A stretch of DNA of 63,439 nucleotides, filler included, from Octopus bimaculoides (Eukaryota), in NCBI RefSeq assembly GCF_001194135.2. It is 6 parts of 6 records of this genome, joined end to end, with 100 filler letters (N's around TTAATTAATTAA, not from the genome) between each part and the next. Parts side by side here need not be neighbours in the genome. Positions count along the whole stretch, not along the records: positions 13,982 to 45,941 come from NC_068990.1; 5 more parts are not named here. The stretch is one strand, 5' to 3'. The position numbers and the translations under genes are program-made. The notes under the pieces were generated by a model, which saw only the letters and a list, made by a program, of their open reading frames with translations, did not search any database and was not told the DNA's origin. Of the stretch, positions 14,285-26,758 are shown piece after piece. Every line of letters begins with the position of its first letter. Position 1 is the first letter of the stretch.

Positions 14285-14555
14285 TGATAAATAAATATAA
14301 ACAATTATTTCATAGTGTTTTGCATAGTGAGCAATAGAATGCTGTACTATGATTTACATATTTTAATTACATATCATTATGCTCTAAGCTCAAATGCCAC
14401 TAAGGACACACTGGACAATGTAATCCTAGATATGCAATGGATGGGAGTAATTACTAATGAAATGCCTTCAATCATATAATATACTCAATCAGAGCTGACC
14501 TGGGATAATCACGATTTTAGAAGTAAAATTTCACAGAAGTAAAAAAAATACATAC

Positions 14556-15938
14556 TTGTAGATTTACAGGTTTCTTTTAATTCATTGATTATAAACTTAA
14601 GAGTTTTGGCTCCAGCTAAGGCTTCTACACTTTGCCACTGGAGATGAATATCATAGCCATTACTTGAACATCCATAAGTATTAGGATTCTCTTTACAGTT
14701 TATTCCTGGCATAGTCTGATGGTTTTTTGTGGTTTTACCTAAGGTATATTCTGGTGGACTTGCATTATCATTAAAACCATTCCTAACATTTCCCTGAGAT
14801 CCTTTCAAAGATTTTCCAGCAGGATTTGAATTACCGGAAATTAAGTTATTAGAAGGAACAGTTTTGGGTTGATTAAGTTGTGAAGAATAGCCAGGTACAT
14901 TGTTATCACGAACAGGCTCTTCAAAAGTTACTCCTACATTTGCCATACTTCCCTGAGATGGGTTTATAGGAGTGAAAAAATGATTAGAAACTGGTGATAT
15001 GATTTGATGATTTGATATTGAAACAGGAGCTGATGGTTGTAGTTTGGTGTTTATTGTGTCTATACCTGTAAAAAATTGTTCTTTTGGCTGGCTTGTTTGA
15101 ACAGTTTTATCTAAAAATATGGGACGTTCTGGAATCAGCTGAAGGGGTTCTTGAATTGGAATTTGGTGTTGTGTTTCAGCAGTATTTGTAGATTTAGCAG
15201 GATAATCTGGAAGTTTATAGTTGAGCAAATCAGGTGGGTAATATGTTGATTGTTCTTTAGTACATGAAGGAACTTGTCTTGAATCCAAATTTGGTGCATC
15301 TGATTCTGTTGAAATTAATGGGACAACTACAGGAATACTTTCTAAAACAGGTTTCTGAGCATTTGAAGATGTAATACATTGACTTAGAGAATATGAAAGC
15401 TTCGTGGCATTTGAAGAAGCGTTTGCAGTGGTTTTCCACTCATGTTTAGATGATGGTACAACAGGGTCAAATGCAGATTGGTTGTTTACAGTATCCAGCT
15501 TGGGCGACATTTTATTAACTTGGTGAACAGAGAAACTGTAAGCATTTCCATAAGATGGACTGGAAGAAGAAACTCCAATTCCCAAAGATGTTTTGGGATT
15601 TTCTACTTCAGAATGTGTTTTTTTCTTTTGTTGAACTGCATTATTTGTGATGTTTGTAGGAGATTTTTGTTTTCTAAGGATCTGGTCAGTTTTGCATTGC
15701 TTGGAAGTTACAGGCATCGCATGTGCTTTCTTAGTTTGCATCAGTTTCTTTGATTTCTGTCTCTCAGGTAGCAATTGCTTGCTTTGAGTATTAGAAGCAA
15801 GTCCATCATTAATTGTATCACAGTCAGTCCAGTTGACAGTTGTTAAAAATTTTTCAGGATCAGGTGTTGAGGTAGACAACATTCTATTGAACGGCACACT
15901 AGTTTTAATTGGGTGACCAACATAACGAAGTGGCTCAG
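14556..15938 (-). CDS. Large internal exon (460 codons) of an unidentified S/T/P/N/Q-rich protein; gene truncated 3' by an assembly join
   Basis: 1383-nt stop-free frame in AT-rich DNA; TTTCACAG acceptor at 15939 and A|GTATGT donor at 14555, phase 1-1; ends in a helical segment WQSVEALAGAKTLKFIINELKETCKST. Confidence 0.88.
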
Positions 15939-17704
15939 CTGTGAAACAATAAAAAGATAAGATCAATAGATTTAATCAAAGAAAAGTCTAATTATGAACA
16001 TCATGAAAATTGCATACATTTTGTCATATTGGAATATATAAATGGATTTAGAATAGAACATTTAACCACACAACGATCGACTTAAAAATTTCTTTCCATA
16101 CAATCTTTGAACTAATTCCATCTCATTAACATCATTTTTAAATGTCTGTCTGGATGTAAACAGGACAAACAAGTCCCTGATGTAAGCAGTGACAGTACTG
16201 TAAAATGAAGAGTATGGCAGTGTTTTTCGTTGTTGGATTCAATTTCACCCAAGAGAAAAGACACCAGCACTAATAGATTTATGCTCCAACTATGGGGGTG
16301 TACTTCTCATATCCTTAACATCATGGAAGCTGAATAAAAGTAATAGCCCACAGAGGTTCATAGAAGGTCATGTTGTAGAGGAAACCAGCCTTATACATCA
16401 AATTTCAAATTCTGTGAAAAATCGGATTATTCTTTCTTTCATTTGTTGTTAACAATAAAATAATCACAAGTTAGGAAACAGAAACCAAAATAATAATCAA
16501 ATGAATAAGAACAAGATATATGTCCACTCTAATTCATCATCATCATTATCATCATTTAACATCTATTTTCCATGCTGGCATAGATTGGATGGTTTGACTG
16601 GATCTGGCCAGCCTGAGAGCTGCACTGGTTCCATTGTCTGCTTTGGCATGGTTTTTATGGTTGGATGCCCTTCCTAATGCAACATCAACAAAAGCAGCCT
16701 AACTCATGATTTATCATGACACATGTTCGCAAACTTGTAGATGATTAGATATGGCTGACTGAATCAAACTGCTACATCACCAATAGTTATCTAACTAGCT
16801 CCAGGATGATGAACGGCAAAAATCAAATCTAGCAAAAACTGAACTCAGAATGTAGAAAATTGAAACTAAACAGTGTTTTTAGTCCAGTGAAGAAAGAAAA
16901 GTCAAAACCCATGGAAACTAGTGATGTTGGTGATCTGTGAGGAGGTTGCACTCTGATATTTCAGGTAGAAGACTTCTTTGAAGAAAAAAAGGTGAGTTGG
17001 AAAGCCCTGAACTTCATTCACTCTTCCAGCACACTTTTCATTTCTTTAAAAGAGAGAACCCACCCTGAAATATCATATGAACTTCTGATTCTGCCATACT
17101 ATCAGTGCTTTTCTTGTGATAATCCATTTAAACAGTAAATTATCCCTTTTTAAATATATTTCATATTTTGTAATGAGTCCAAGGATGGAAAGAACCCATA
17201 ACCCTTTAGTCCATACTAAACTAAGGAGAGCTTGGTAAGGCTAATTCATTTGACATTTAGCATGCACTTTAATATGTTGTTGTTGAAAGGAGGGAATCAT
17301 TGGCAAAGAGCTTTTACTAGAAAGATGCAATTCCAAGGGGAAACGAATCCTTATTTGGCTTTACTTGGTCCTATGATTCATAGAGCCATCATATTTGTTT
17401 TTATTCTACATAATTCATTAATTAAATCGAAAGTAAAATAATGATCAAGTAAATATTATATATATGGAATTGGGGCATCATTAATGCAGTAATAAAATGC
17501 TTTATGGTATATAGTTATAGTCCTTTATGTTCTGAGTTCAAATCCTACAATGAACACCTTTACTTTTCAGCTTTCCAGGCCCTGTATAAAGCATCGATCA
17601 AGTACTGGAGTCAATTTAAGCAACTGTATCCAACCCCATAATTTGTGACCTTATGCCAATGTTAGAAATCAATATTATACATTGATACTAAGGTGAATGT
17701 AAAC

Positions 17705-17812
17705 CTTTTGATGTTGGCTTTTGTGTCTCAATTCGGTTTATTAGTCTTGGAGAAGCAGAACGGTATGTTTGTTCAGTGGTCCCAGAGGAATCAGTGGTAG
17801 AACCAATCAGCT
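17705..17812 (-). CDS. Upstream exon of the same gene (ELIGSTTDSSGTTEQTYRSASPRLINRIETQKPTSK)
   Basis: Strong polypyrimidine tract plus TAG acceptor, G|GTTTAC donor; 108 nt, phase 1-1, open and phase-compatible with the large exon. Confidence 0.72.
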
Positions 17813-19394
17813 CTAAATGAAAGGAGAGAAAGAAAGAGCAGAACAATTATAATTATGTAAGAGCAATTAAATAAAGAAAAAAACCTTCTTAAAAGGCCAT
17901 CATTGTCATTTAACATGTATTTTTCTATACTGACACTGTACAGATCTTCCTACTTCATAACTACATGGTTCCTGGTTCAATATGACTGAACAGCACCTTG
18001 GACTAGTCTCTGCTACCACAACCTTCGGTTGACAAATGCCTTGTGAGTAAATTTGACGGACAGAAACTGAGCAGAATACCTTCATATATGAGTATGTACG
18101 TATCATCATCATCACCATTTTACATCCACTTTCTATGGTTGGATGTAAAATGGGTTGGATGAGTTCTCAGAGTTATTGCTCTCCTAAATATTTCAGTTTT
18201 GGGTTGGATTCCATTGTAGGATGACTGTCCTCACATCAACTACCTGACAGAGTGCACCAGGTACATTTTATCATGGCACCAGCACTGGTGAGTTTGTCAT
18301 AACCATAACAAGACCTTCTCAATCCCACAGTTCTGCTTGCTCACCTGCAACTTTACAGAGTATCCTGCATGGAGACACACACACACACACAATGGTTGAG
18401 AAGACACTATTATTAGCATACAATAGATAAATAGATTAATGCTCAGAAGTTCCCAGATTCTTAAAACCCAATTTCCGAATCAAGATAAAAATAATTCTGC
18501 AGAACAAAAGTTGGTTCTAAGAACTGCCTAGCACAAGTATTTACTAAGATACAAGCTGGTCAAACACACACGCATATATATATATATATATGGCATCATA
18601 TTTATATCATTTACAAAATATGTTATATATAAAACATGAAAAAAATATAATTAGCAAAGCAAAACTAAATTCCTAGATATTATTTTACAGTTGTTCCAAA
18701 CATTCAGTCAGTTTGATGCAATAATATGCAAATGGCTGTGCATACTTATGCTATATATATATATATATATATATTAATTACTGGCAGAACTTACAGAGTA
18801 ACTCAAAGGCAGAGAGTTTCATGCAGTGGCACTTCCCATACATATATATATATGCCAGCATGGACAACGGACGATAAATGATGATGATGATATCATCATC
18901 ATCATCGTTTAACGTCCATTTTCCATGCTGGCATGGGTTGGACAGGTTGACTGGGGTCTGGGAAGCCAGGAGGCTGCACCAGGCTCCAACCTGATCTGGC
19001 AGTGTTTCTACTGATGGATGCCCTTCCTAACGCCAACCACTCCAAGAGTGTAGTAGGTACAGGTCAAAATAGCATGATTCCTCCCTTTCTTTCTTTATCA
19101 TGTTTGTTTGTGAGCAAGTGTATATTGTGTGTGTGTTTTTAATAAAATCATGGAACAGACAAACAGACTTTGTGTTTTAGTATTATAAAAATCAACACAA
19201 CACTAAAAAAAGGATAAAATATTTGCCTACTTTGTTTTCCAGCTTGCATAACTTTTCTTTTAGGTTTTGAAGTCATTTCTTTATTTTTCTGGTTGACACC
19301 ATGACTATAACAAAGAACATAAATAGAAAAGCTATTGAAACATGGAACTTAAACGTGGAATATTAACTTCAAATGTAACATTCTACAGTCTCTT

Positions 19395-19770
19395 TTACTC
19401 TTTTACTTGTTTCAGTCATTTGACTGCGGCCATGCTGGAGCACCGCCTTTAGTCAAGCAAATCGACCCCAGGACTTATTCTTTGTAAGCCTAGTACTTAT
19501 TCTATCGGACTCTTTTGTCGAACCGCTAAGTTACGGGGACGTAAACACACCAGCATCGGTTGTCAAGCGATGTTGGCGGGACAAACACAGACACACAAAC
19601 ATATACATATTTGCGATGGGCTTCTTTCAGTTTCCGTCTACCAAATCCACTCACAAGGCTTTGGTCGGCCCGAGGCTATAGTAGAAGACACTTGCCCAAG
19701 TTGCCATGCAGTGGGACTGAACCCGGAACCATGAGGTTGGTAAACAAGCTACTTACCACACAGCCACTGT
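19395..19770 (-). mobile_element. Full-length tRNA-derived SINE family B with a CORE-like domain (other copies at about 2205+, 4900-, 10740-, 12400+, 19845-, 23005-, 59055-)
   Basis: GGCTGTGTGGTAAG A box, GGGTTCAGTCCC B box, TTGGGCAAGTGTCTTCTACTATAGCCTCGGG CORE-like segment, internal (TG)n, tail ...CTGAAACAAGTAAAAGAG. Confidence 0.8.
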
Positions 19771-20920
19771 TCAAAATCATAACATCAAGAGAATGCTATT
19801 CATGGGACATAAAAAAAATACATAATATTCCTCAGTATGAGTGTATCTTTTATCTTTTACTCATTAGACTGTGACCATGCTGGGGCACTGCCTTGACAAA
19901 TTTTTAGTTGAATGAATTGAGCCTAGTACTTTCTTTTATTTTTTTAAAGCCTGGTAATTACTCTATCGGTTCTCTTTTGACAAATCACTAAGTTATAGGA
20001 ATGTAAACACAGCAACACTGGTTATCAAGCAGTGATGGGAGACAAACACAGATACACACACACACATATGATGGACGTCTTTCAGTTTCTGTCTACCAAA
20101 TCTATTCACAAGGCTTTGGTTGACCTGAATAGTGAGATTTGAATTCAGAATGCAAAGCTAAGTCATATAACACAAGGTATTTTCTATTAATTCTGCTATC
20201 CATCAACTCTCAATAATAACTGTATTTACGTGTATGTTCAAAGATGAGTGTACATATATGTACACACACATTATACAATAGTAGCATGTTGTACAGAAGG
20301 GATGAAAATTCCTCTTCAGACTGCACCCTAGATATACACATATATGAATCTCGGTCCTTCATCAGTCAGGGTTGACCATATATCTGTACCTGTATACACA
20401 AGAATGGGCAAGCTTATTTTTATCTTTTAGTCGGGAGAGAAGGCAACACTCAAGACCTGTTACAAGGCCTCCAAGACTGATGGGAGGAAGGGATGGAGTC
20501 ACTTAACATTTGATATCTTTCCTGGAGGAATATTCCTAATTTTGTTAACAGTAAAGTTGTAGTAGCTTTTACACGTCTCATAGCTTATTGCATGACATAC
20601 ACACGGACTTTTTACAGTTTATCAAATATTTTAGAAGTAAAAATAAAAAGGTCACTGAGACCCTTTCAGAATTATACAAGGCCCATAGGTTGAGGACTGT
20701 TGGAGTAGAAGCACTTTTGTTGGCTTGTGATGTGAAGGAAATTTGTTTGTTATTTGTAACAGGTGTATCAACTACCTAAAGGCTCCCTTGTTGGCTAATT
20801 TGAATACATGTTTAAATAAAGGGGGTTCAAACCTAATAGTCCTTTGAAAGAGGCTTCCAACACAAGTTGACAAACATTAAAGATAAGAAACTTAAACCTG
20901 AAGTGGTTCCTATGGCTTAC

Positions 20921-20943
20921 CTTCTGCTGACTCCAGTGGTTGG
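20921..20943 (-). CDS. 23-nt micro-exon candidate of the same gene (QPLESAE)
   Basis: T-rich tract plus AAG acceptor and consensus AAG|GTAAGC donor; phase 2-1 fits the chain. Confidence 0.5.
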
Positions 20944-21293
20944 CTTTATAAACAAAAGAATAAATAAATAATAATAAAATCAAGAAAGTAACATTAAAAC
21001 AACTTTGTTATGAAAAATATAAAAATTTTAAATAAAAGATAACACAAAATAAAAAAATGAAAATTAAAAAATTTTAAATTAAAACATTGTAAATTCTACA
21101 AATACTATTTTTCATTTCCACTGACTCTATTTTTAAGATATTCTTTGACGGACAAGAACTTTTATAATGCTTGGATGTTTTCTAGCAATTAGATTATCAT
21201 GGTAATCCACAAAGAAAGTTGCAAGTGGGTGATAATAATTTCTAATAAAAGAATAAATGTTTTGCTGTTTAATCCTTGGTTAATGACCAATAA

Positions 21294-21612
21294 GGAGGCN
21301 NNNNNNNNNNNNNNNNNNNNNNNNNNNNNNNNCCTAAAGCTCCACGAGGCTCCGGCAGGGGATGGTGGCGAACCCTGCTGTACTCTTTCACCACAGCTTC
21401 CTCTCACTCTTACTTCCTGTTTCTGTTGTGCCTGTAATTCAAAGGGTCAGCCTTGTCACACTGTGTCACGCTGAATATCCCCGAGAACTACGTTAAGGGT
21501 ACACGTGTCTGTGGAGTGCTCAGCCACTTACATGTTAATTTCATGAGCAGGCTGTTCCGTTGATCGGATCAACTGGAACCCTTGACGTCGTAAGCGACGG
21601 AGTGCCAACAAC
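21294..21612 (+). mobile_element. SINE family D insertion with a perfect 12-bp TSD
   Basis: AATGACCAATAA at 21282-21293 and 21613-21624; (AAC)n tail; 3' body shared with 35330-35495. Confidence 0.8.
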
Positions 21613-23190
21613 AATGACCAATAAATATAATTAAGATATGAAATTAATTATATAGCTTCCAAATTGAGTGTATGTTTCAAGTCGCTTCAGCTACAGAGTT
21701 TCCTTTTTTGTACTCATAAAGCATTACGTACCTTAAATGCTCTTTGGATATTTCCATGTTAGAAAGAGTTTTAACCAAAGAAATTTTAATTCTATTATTC
21801 TGTAAAATAATATTTAATTAATTTAAATGTACACAAATGCATAAAAATAATTTTTAATTCCATTAGACATTCTATAATACTATTAAATTTCGTTGAATTT
21901 TAAAAGAGGTAAAATCATACAGAACTTATGGGATGACCTGATATAAATAATATCAAATAATATAGTACTCAATATGTCGAGTAATGTATTTATATATTTA
22001 TAAAGCAATAGAAGTAAAATATCAGGCTACCAAATGTTTCGTGCCAAGCAACTCATTCAGGCCCCGTATCTCCACATGTTTAGAGTTATGAAAAATATTT
22101 TGGGAAAATACATTTATAAACGTTTCCACTTCTGTTAAGGCGAATAACTCTTTTAGATAGTCATTGTGAGTTATTTCTCTTTGATTGTCTCAAGAATTAA
22201 CATTGACGATGCTGGAAAAGAAAAAAAAAATCTGTTGAAAATTGAGGAAGAACGATTGAAAACAGGTTATACATTATCAATAGAGAGAGTTGAAAAGAAT
22301 AGAAGTGGGGGAACACGAAGGTGAGTTTCGAAAGAAATAATATACAGAAATGCAAGAAAGAGGAAAAGCAGAAAAGCAAAGCGATGGTAAAGCAAAGCTG
22401 AAGAGAGTTTAGTGTGGAGCAATTTTTTTTTATTTTTAACACAAAGGTTTTTCATAATATCTCTAAATATGGAGATATGAGCCTGAATGAGTAATTGGTA
22501 GGCCAGCAGTTTATACATATTGCTTTATAAAAATATTTATGATGTACATTGAAACAATATGCATGTTCCTGGAAGTCATATGTCTAAAACAGAAAAATGT
22601 CTTTTATTGAGCAGTGGTCTTCTTGATCTTTATTTGAGAATTATACTGTAGTACTAATTCTTAAATATTCCTCCATTGTCTACTACAGGATCAGGTCTAG
22701 CTTATTTGTTTCTGACATTTTTATGTTAAGATTTATATGGGTCTTATATTTAAATGTATCTATATCAAGATTTTAGTTTATTAGTAGTATTAGTCCATCA
22801 GAAATTTAGTGGTTTATAGGATTTTTATGTTAGATATTAGCTAGTTGTTATCTTATGGGGAATTTATGACACGTACACACACACTTTTGTCATTCTTTAT
22901 TTTTATGATGAAGGACTAGCATTCAAAACAAAATTCTCCCCTTTGGTTGTAAGCATGAAACTAATACATTTATTAAAACTTGCCCCACACGTCTTCTTTT
23001 TGTATATTCTTTTACTTGTTTCAGTCATTTTGATTGTGGCCATGCTGGAGCACCGACTTTACTCGAGCAAATCGATCCCAGGGCTTTTTCTTTGTAAGCC
23101 TAGTACTTATTCTATTGGTCTCTTTTTGCAGAACTGCTAAGTTATGGGGACGTAAATGCACCAGCACCGATTGTAAAGAGGTGTTGGGGT

Positions 23191-23264
<74 letters not shown>

Positions 23265-23419
23265 AGCTTCTTTCAGTTTTTGTCTAGCAAATCCACTCAC
23301 AAGGCTTTGGTCAGCCCGAGGCTATAGTAGAAGACACTTGCCCAAGGTGCCACAGAGTGGGACTGAACCTGCAACCATGTAGTTGGTAAGCAAGCTCCTT
23401 ACCACATAAAATAACTAAC

Positions 23420-23785
23420 AGTTGCGTACAAAATGCAATGCTGCACAGTAGTGGAGGTATGAGTATTAAATGCAGAGTATGTGCAAAGGGTGGAGAAAAA
23501 TGAAGGAAGCAGGTTCTACTGGATGTGTTAGTGTGCATAGGTAATGCAGTACAATGGACTAAGATAAAAATTGAATGTAAGCAGAATCAAATGTAGCATG
23601 CAACAGAGATCCAAATGGAATGAAACTGTTGAAGATCAAAGAAGACATGGACCAAGGTAGTTAAAGCTGATCTTAATTTCACAAAGGAGATGAAAAACCC
23701 AACAAATGGTAAGATGTTGTGTTGGAGAAAACTCAACCACAGCATGCATGCAAGCATGAAAAGCAAATATAATGATGATGATACC
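23420..23785 (+). mobile_element. Decayed, internally deleted RTE LINE 3' fragment
   Basis: VLNAEYVQRVEKNEGSRFYWMC...KLNVSRIKCSMQQR followed by a (GAT)n-type tail. Confidence 0.6.
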
Positions 23786-23891
23786 AAATCTTAAAAATTT
23801 TTGTAAACTATATTATTTCAATGAAATAGGTTGTATAAGTTGAGAAAAGAAACATTTACATTTAGTTGTTTCCCTGTTTGTCGACGAATAC

Positions 23892-23938
23892 CTTGCTGAA
23901 TGACTGGTGACATTGTATAATAGCGAAACCAATTTGTG
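23892..23938 (-). CDS. 47-nt exon candidate of the same gene (HKLVSLLYNVTSHSA)
   Basis: CTACAG acceptor and AAG|GTATTC donor; open in phase 0-2. Confidence 0.4.
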
Positions 23939-24119
23939 CTGTAGATAATTCTGCGATGTTTCAAATCCAGAGTAATTTCACACATTGTTTAGTTAGGGAA
24001 GTAACTTGACATGTGCTGATAAGAATCTAAATACAATGAAAGAAGCAACAAATACCAAAAATGTCTTCATTTAATCTTCCCATCGATATCTTCAATTCAA
24101 CTTTAGCAATAGGAATTAC

Positions 24120-24160
24120 CTTACCAACAATCATGTATTTTTTACTTGATGTTATATTCT
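24120..24160 (-). CDS. 41-nt exon candidate of the same gene (ENITSSKKYMIVGK)
   Basis: CCAG acceptor with a poor pyrimidine tract; tandem donors GTAAGG (24124) and GTAATT (24119); the 41-nt form keeps the chain open. Confidence 0.3.
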
Positions 24161-25640
24161 CTGGATTACATTATTATTATTATTTTTTTTTTTTTCTGAA
24201 ACGACAGGGTATAGGTTGAGTGAGATTTGTTGCAATTTCTAGCAAGTCGTGCAACTGTTTAGAAGCTTCCTTGTTGATTCATATTAAGAAAATATTATAA
24301 ATTTCTGATGTATTCATCTTCAGATATGTCTATAATTGGATTTTGATTTGACACTAATAGGATTTTCATTTAGGTTCTTTTAAAAGATATCATCACTGTG
24401 TCTAATTAGAAAGGGGAAAACACTTAAAAAATCAGAATTATAGTTGCTGAGTTCAAATACAAGTGAGATTAACAGTCAAGCACTGATGTTGAATTAATTT
24501 ACTGTACCCCACTCTCTCTCCCCAATATATCTGGCCTTCTACCAACAATAAAAATTAGCATTACGCAGAAATGTCAATTTTAGCCAGGAAAAAAAAATGT
24601 CCCATTTCATTTAAATACTATATTAGTGTAATTAAACAATATTTTAACGACATTATAAAGAAACATTGTGACTTGAACACAATGGCATTACACTTATGCG
24701 AAGATAAAGTTGAAATGAAATTACTTAATTCATTTATACAGCTTAATGTTCACGAGAAATACATAAACGTCATAACATCATTTGCGTTCTTTCCATTGCA
24801 AATACTAAATATTGTGCCGAGTTTAAAAAGATATTTGTCATTTAACTTAAGTTGGGTTTGGCTGGCACATTCCATCCACTATAATTCCTCCACCCCTTCT
24901 TTTTTAGTTTATAGTAAACCCTGGACTACATTATCCAGTGTAGCCCTCTTTTAAGGCGGTAGGGCATGGTTTGGAAGATTGGCTGCTGTTTCTAGTGAAT
25001 GAAGCGCCACATACTCCCTCGTCGGTTTGTAAAAAATTGACACAAACAACATAGCGCTAGACAAGATGCATTAAGGTAAATAAATAAATAATTACAGTAG
25101 AAGTAAATAAGTATCAATATTATAGTAAAGCCTTTCAAAAAAAAAGTTTTGGACAAGCATCAATATCACGCCTTCTGTATACCCTTCTTGCCAAAAAAAC
25201 ACCGGACAAAATGCTTAGCAGCATCTCGTCCGTCTTCACACTCCGAGTTCAAATTCCACCAAGGTCCACTCTGCCTTTCATCTTTTCGAGATCGATAAAA
25301 TAAGTACTAGTCAAGTACTGCAGTCAACATAATCGACTTTCGCTTCCCCTCAAAAACTGCTGGCCTTGTGCCAAAACTTAAAACCATTAAGGATTGTTTA
25401 TTATAATAATAATTATTATTATTATTAATAAAGGTACAAGGCCTGGAATTTCGACCTCGGTACTTTATTTTATCGACCCTGATAGGATGAAAGGCATACC
25501 GGCGGGATTTGAACTCGGAAATGGTCATAAGTCTATCACAAAGTTTCTAACTTATATGAAGTGAAGTTTATGCCATCACCTTCACAAAAAAAGCTATTAA
25601 TGGCTATAAGTGATGTCAGAGTTGAAGGAGAATAATTTAC

Positions 25641-25689
25641 CTTCGTGTTTAATACGTTGACCAAAACAACTTGAAACAAGATCCAACAT
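25641..25689 (-). CDS. Candidate first coding exon of the same gene (MLDLVSSCFGQRIKHE)
   Basis: ACAACATG start context and GAAG|GTAAAT donor, about 250 bp downstream of CCAAT/ETS motifs. Confidence 0.45.
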
Positions 25690-25929
25690 GTTGTCGTCGA
25701 CTGCTCTTGAAGGAATTTTGTTTGTTTGTTTTAATGAATGGGCTTGCTTATGTTAGCTAAACTTCATATGTTGGATATGAAGTCAGTAATAAAACAAGAA
25801 TGTTATTGAAATTCACTTAGAATAGTATTAGCATCAACTGTACCAAAATCTAGCTTTTAGCACGTTAAGTCCGTATCGAAAGTGTCGTCAAAACAAATCG
25901 AATGCTTGAATTTTCCACGCAACTCTGAC

Positions 25930-25995
25930 AGGTCCGGTGTAGCAGCTCACTGATTGGTTGATTTTATATAGTGTTCTTGTACATTTCCGGTTTTC
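25930..25995 (-). promoter_or_regulatory. Putative promoter of the 14.5-25.7 kb gene (CCAAT box and ETS-like CCGGAA)
   Basis: Minus-strand CAACCAATCA at 25951-25960 and ACCGGAAA at 25984-25991 in repeat-free, CpG-containing sequence; motif evidence only. Confidence 0.3.
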
Positions 25996-26226
25996 TCAAA
26001 CCAGCTGATACTTAACTATGGAGGACCAACAATGAAATAAAATGAATATGAAATAAGATAAAATGGGAGGTGATTTAATCTCTTTATAACTTTTTTTTTT
26101 CTGATTGAGCAGGTTTGAATTTGATTATGTTTCTTCGAGGAAGCCCAAATAATTCAGAATCATGTCCTTATCAGTCACTAAGCCTCCTAACAAAGATTAG
26201 ATTTCTCCAATTAGCATAATATAGTA

Positions 26227-26758
26227 TAGTAATCCCTCGACTATCGCTGGTATTAGTTCCACCACCCACCACGATAGGTGAAAATCCGCGAAGTAGAAAC
26301 AGTACTGTACTGTGTATTTTTTTATATTATTTTTATAATTTATATCATCATCATCATTTAACGTCCGCTTTCCATGCTAGCATGGGTTGGACGATTTGAC
26401 TGAGGACTGGCAAACCAGATGGCTACACCAGGCTTCAATCTGATTTGGCAGAGTTTCTACAGCTGGATGCCCTTCCTAATGCCAACCACTCCGAGAGTGT
26501 AGTGGGAGCTTTTACGTGCCACTGGCACGAGGGCCAGTCACGCGGTACTGGTAACGGCTACGCTCAAAATGGTGTTTTTTACGTGCCACCTGCACAGGAA
26601 CCAGTCCAGCGACACTGGCAACTACCTTGCTCGAATGTTTTTTCACGTGCCACCGGCACAAGTGCCAGTAAGGCAACGCTGGTATAAATGGAAAACAACA
26701 CCACCGAGGAACCGATATAAGCTTAACTAATAAACCGTGATATTACGAGGTATTACTG
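26227..26758. mobile_element. Tigger/pogo-like MITE with a nested RTE-tail element
   Basis: TA-flanked TIRs (T/C)AGTAATCCCTCG and CGAGGTATTACTG; interrupted at about 26343-26685. Confidence 0.6.

Noticed and set aside
16965-16991. Plus-strand 27-nt micro-exon-like unit (TTTCAG|VEDFFEEKK|GTGAGT)
   Set aside because: Antisense to the host gene, with no partner exons; likely chance.
20295-20385. Minus-strand CTGATGA...GAGA and CTGAAGA segments resembling hammerhead cores
   Set aside because: The GAAA core is mutated or missing and stem II cannot be formed for the first; at best a decayed remnant.
20590-20775. Minus-strand S/T-rich open stretch VVDTPVTNNKQISFTSQANK as an extra exon
   Set aside because: It needs a phase 0 upstream donor and has no convincing phase 1 donor; cannot be placed in the chain without transcript data.
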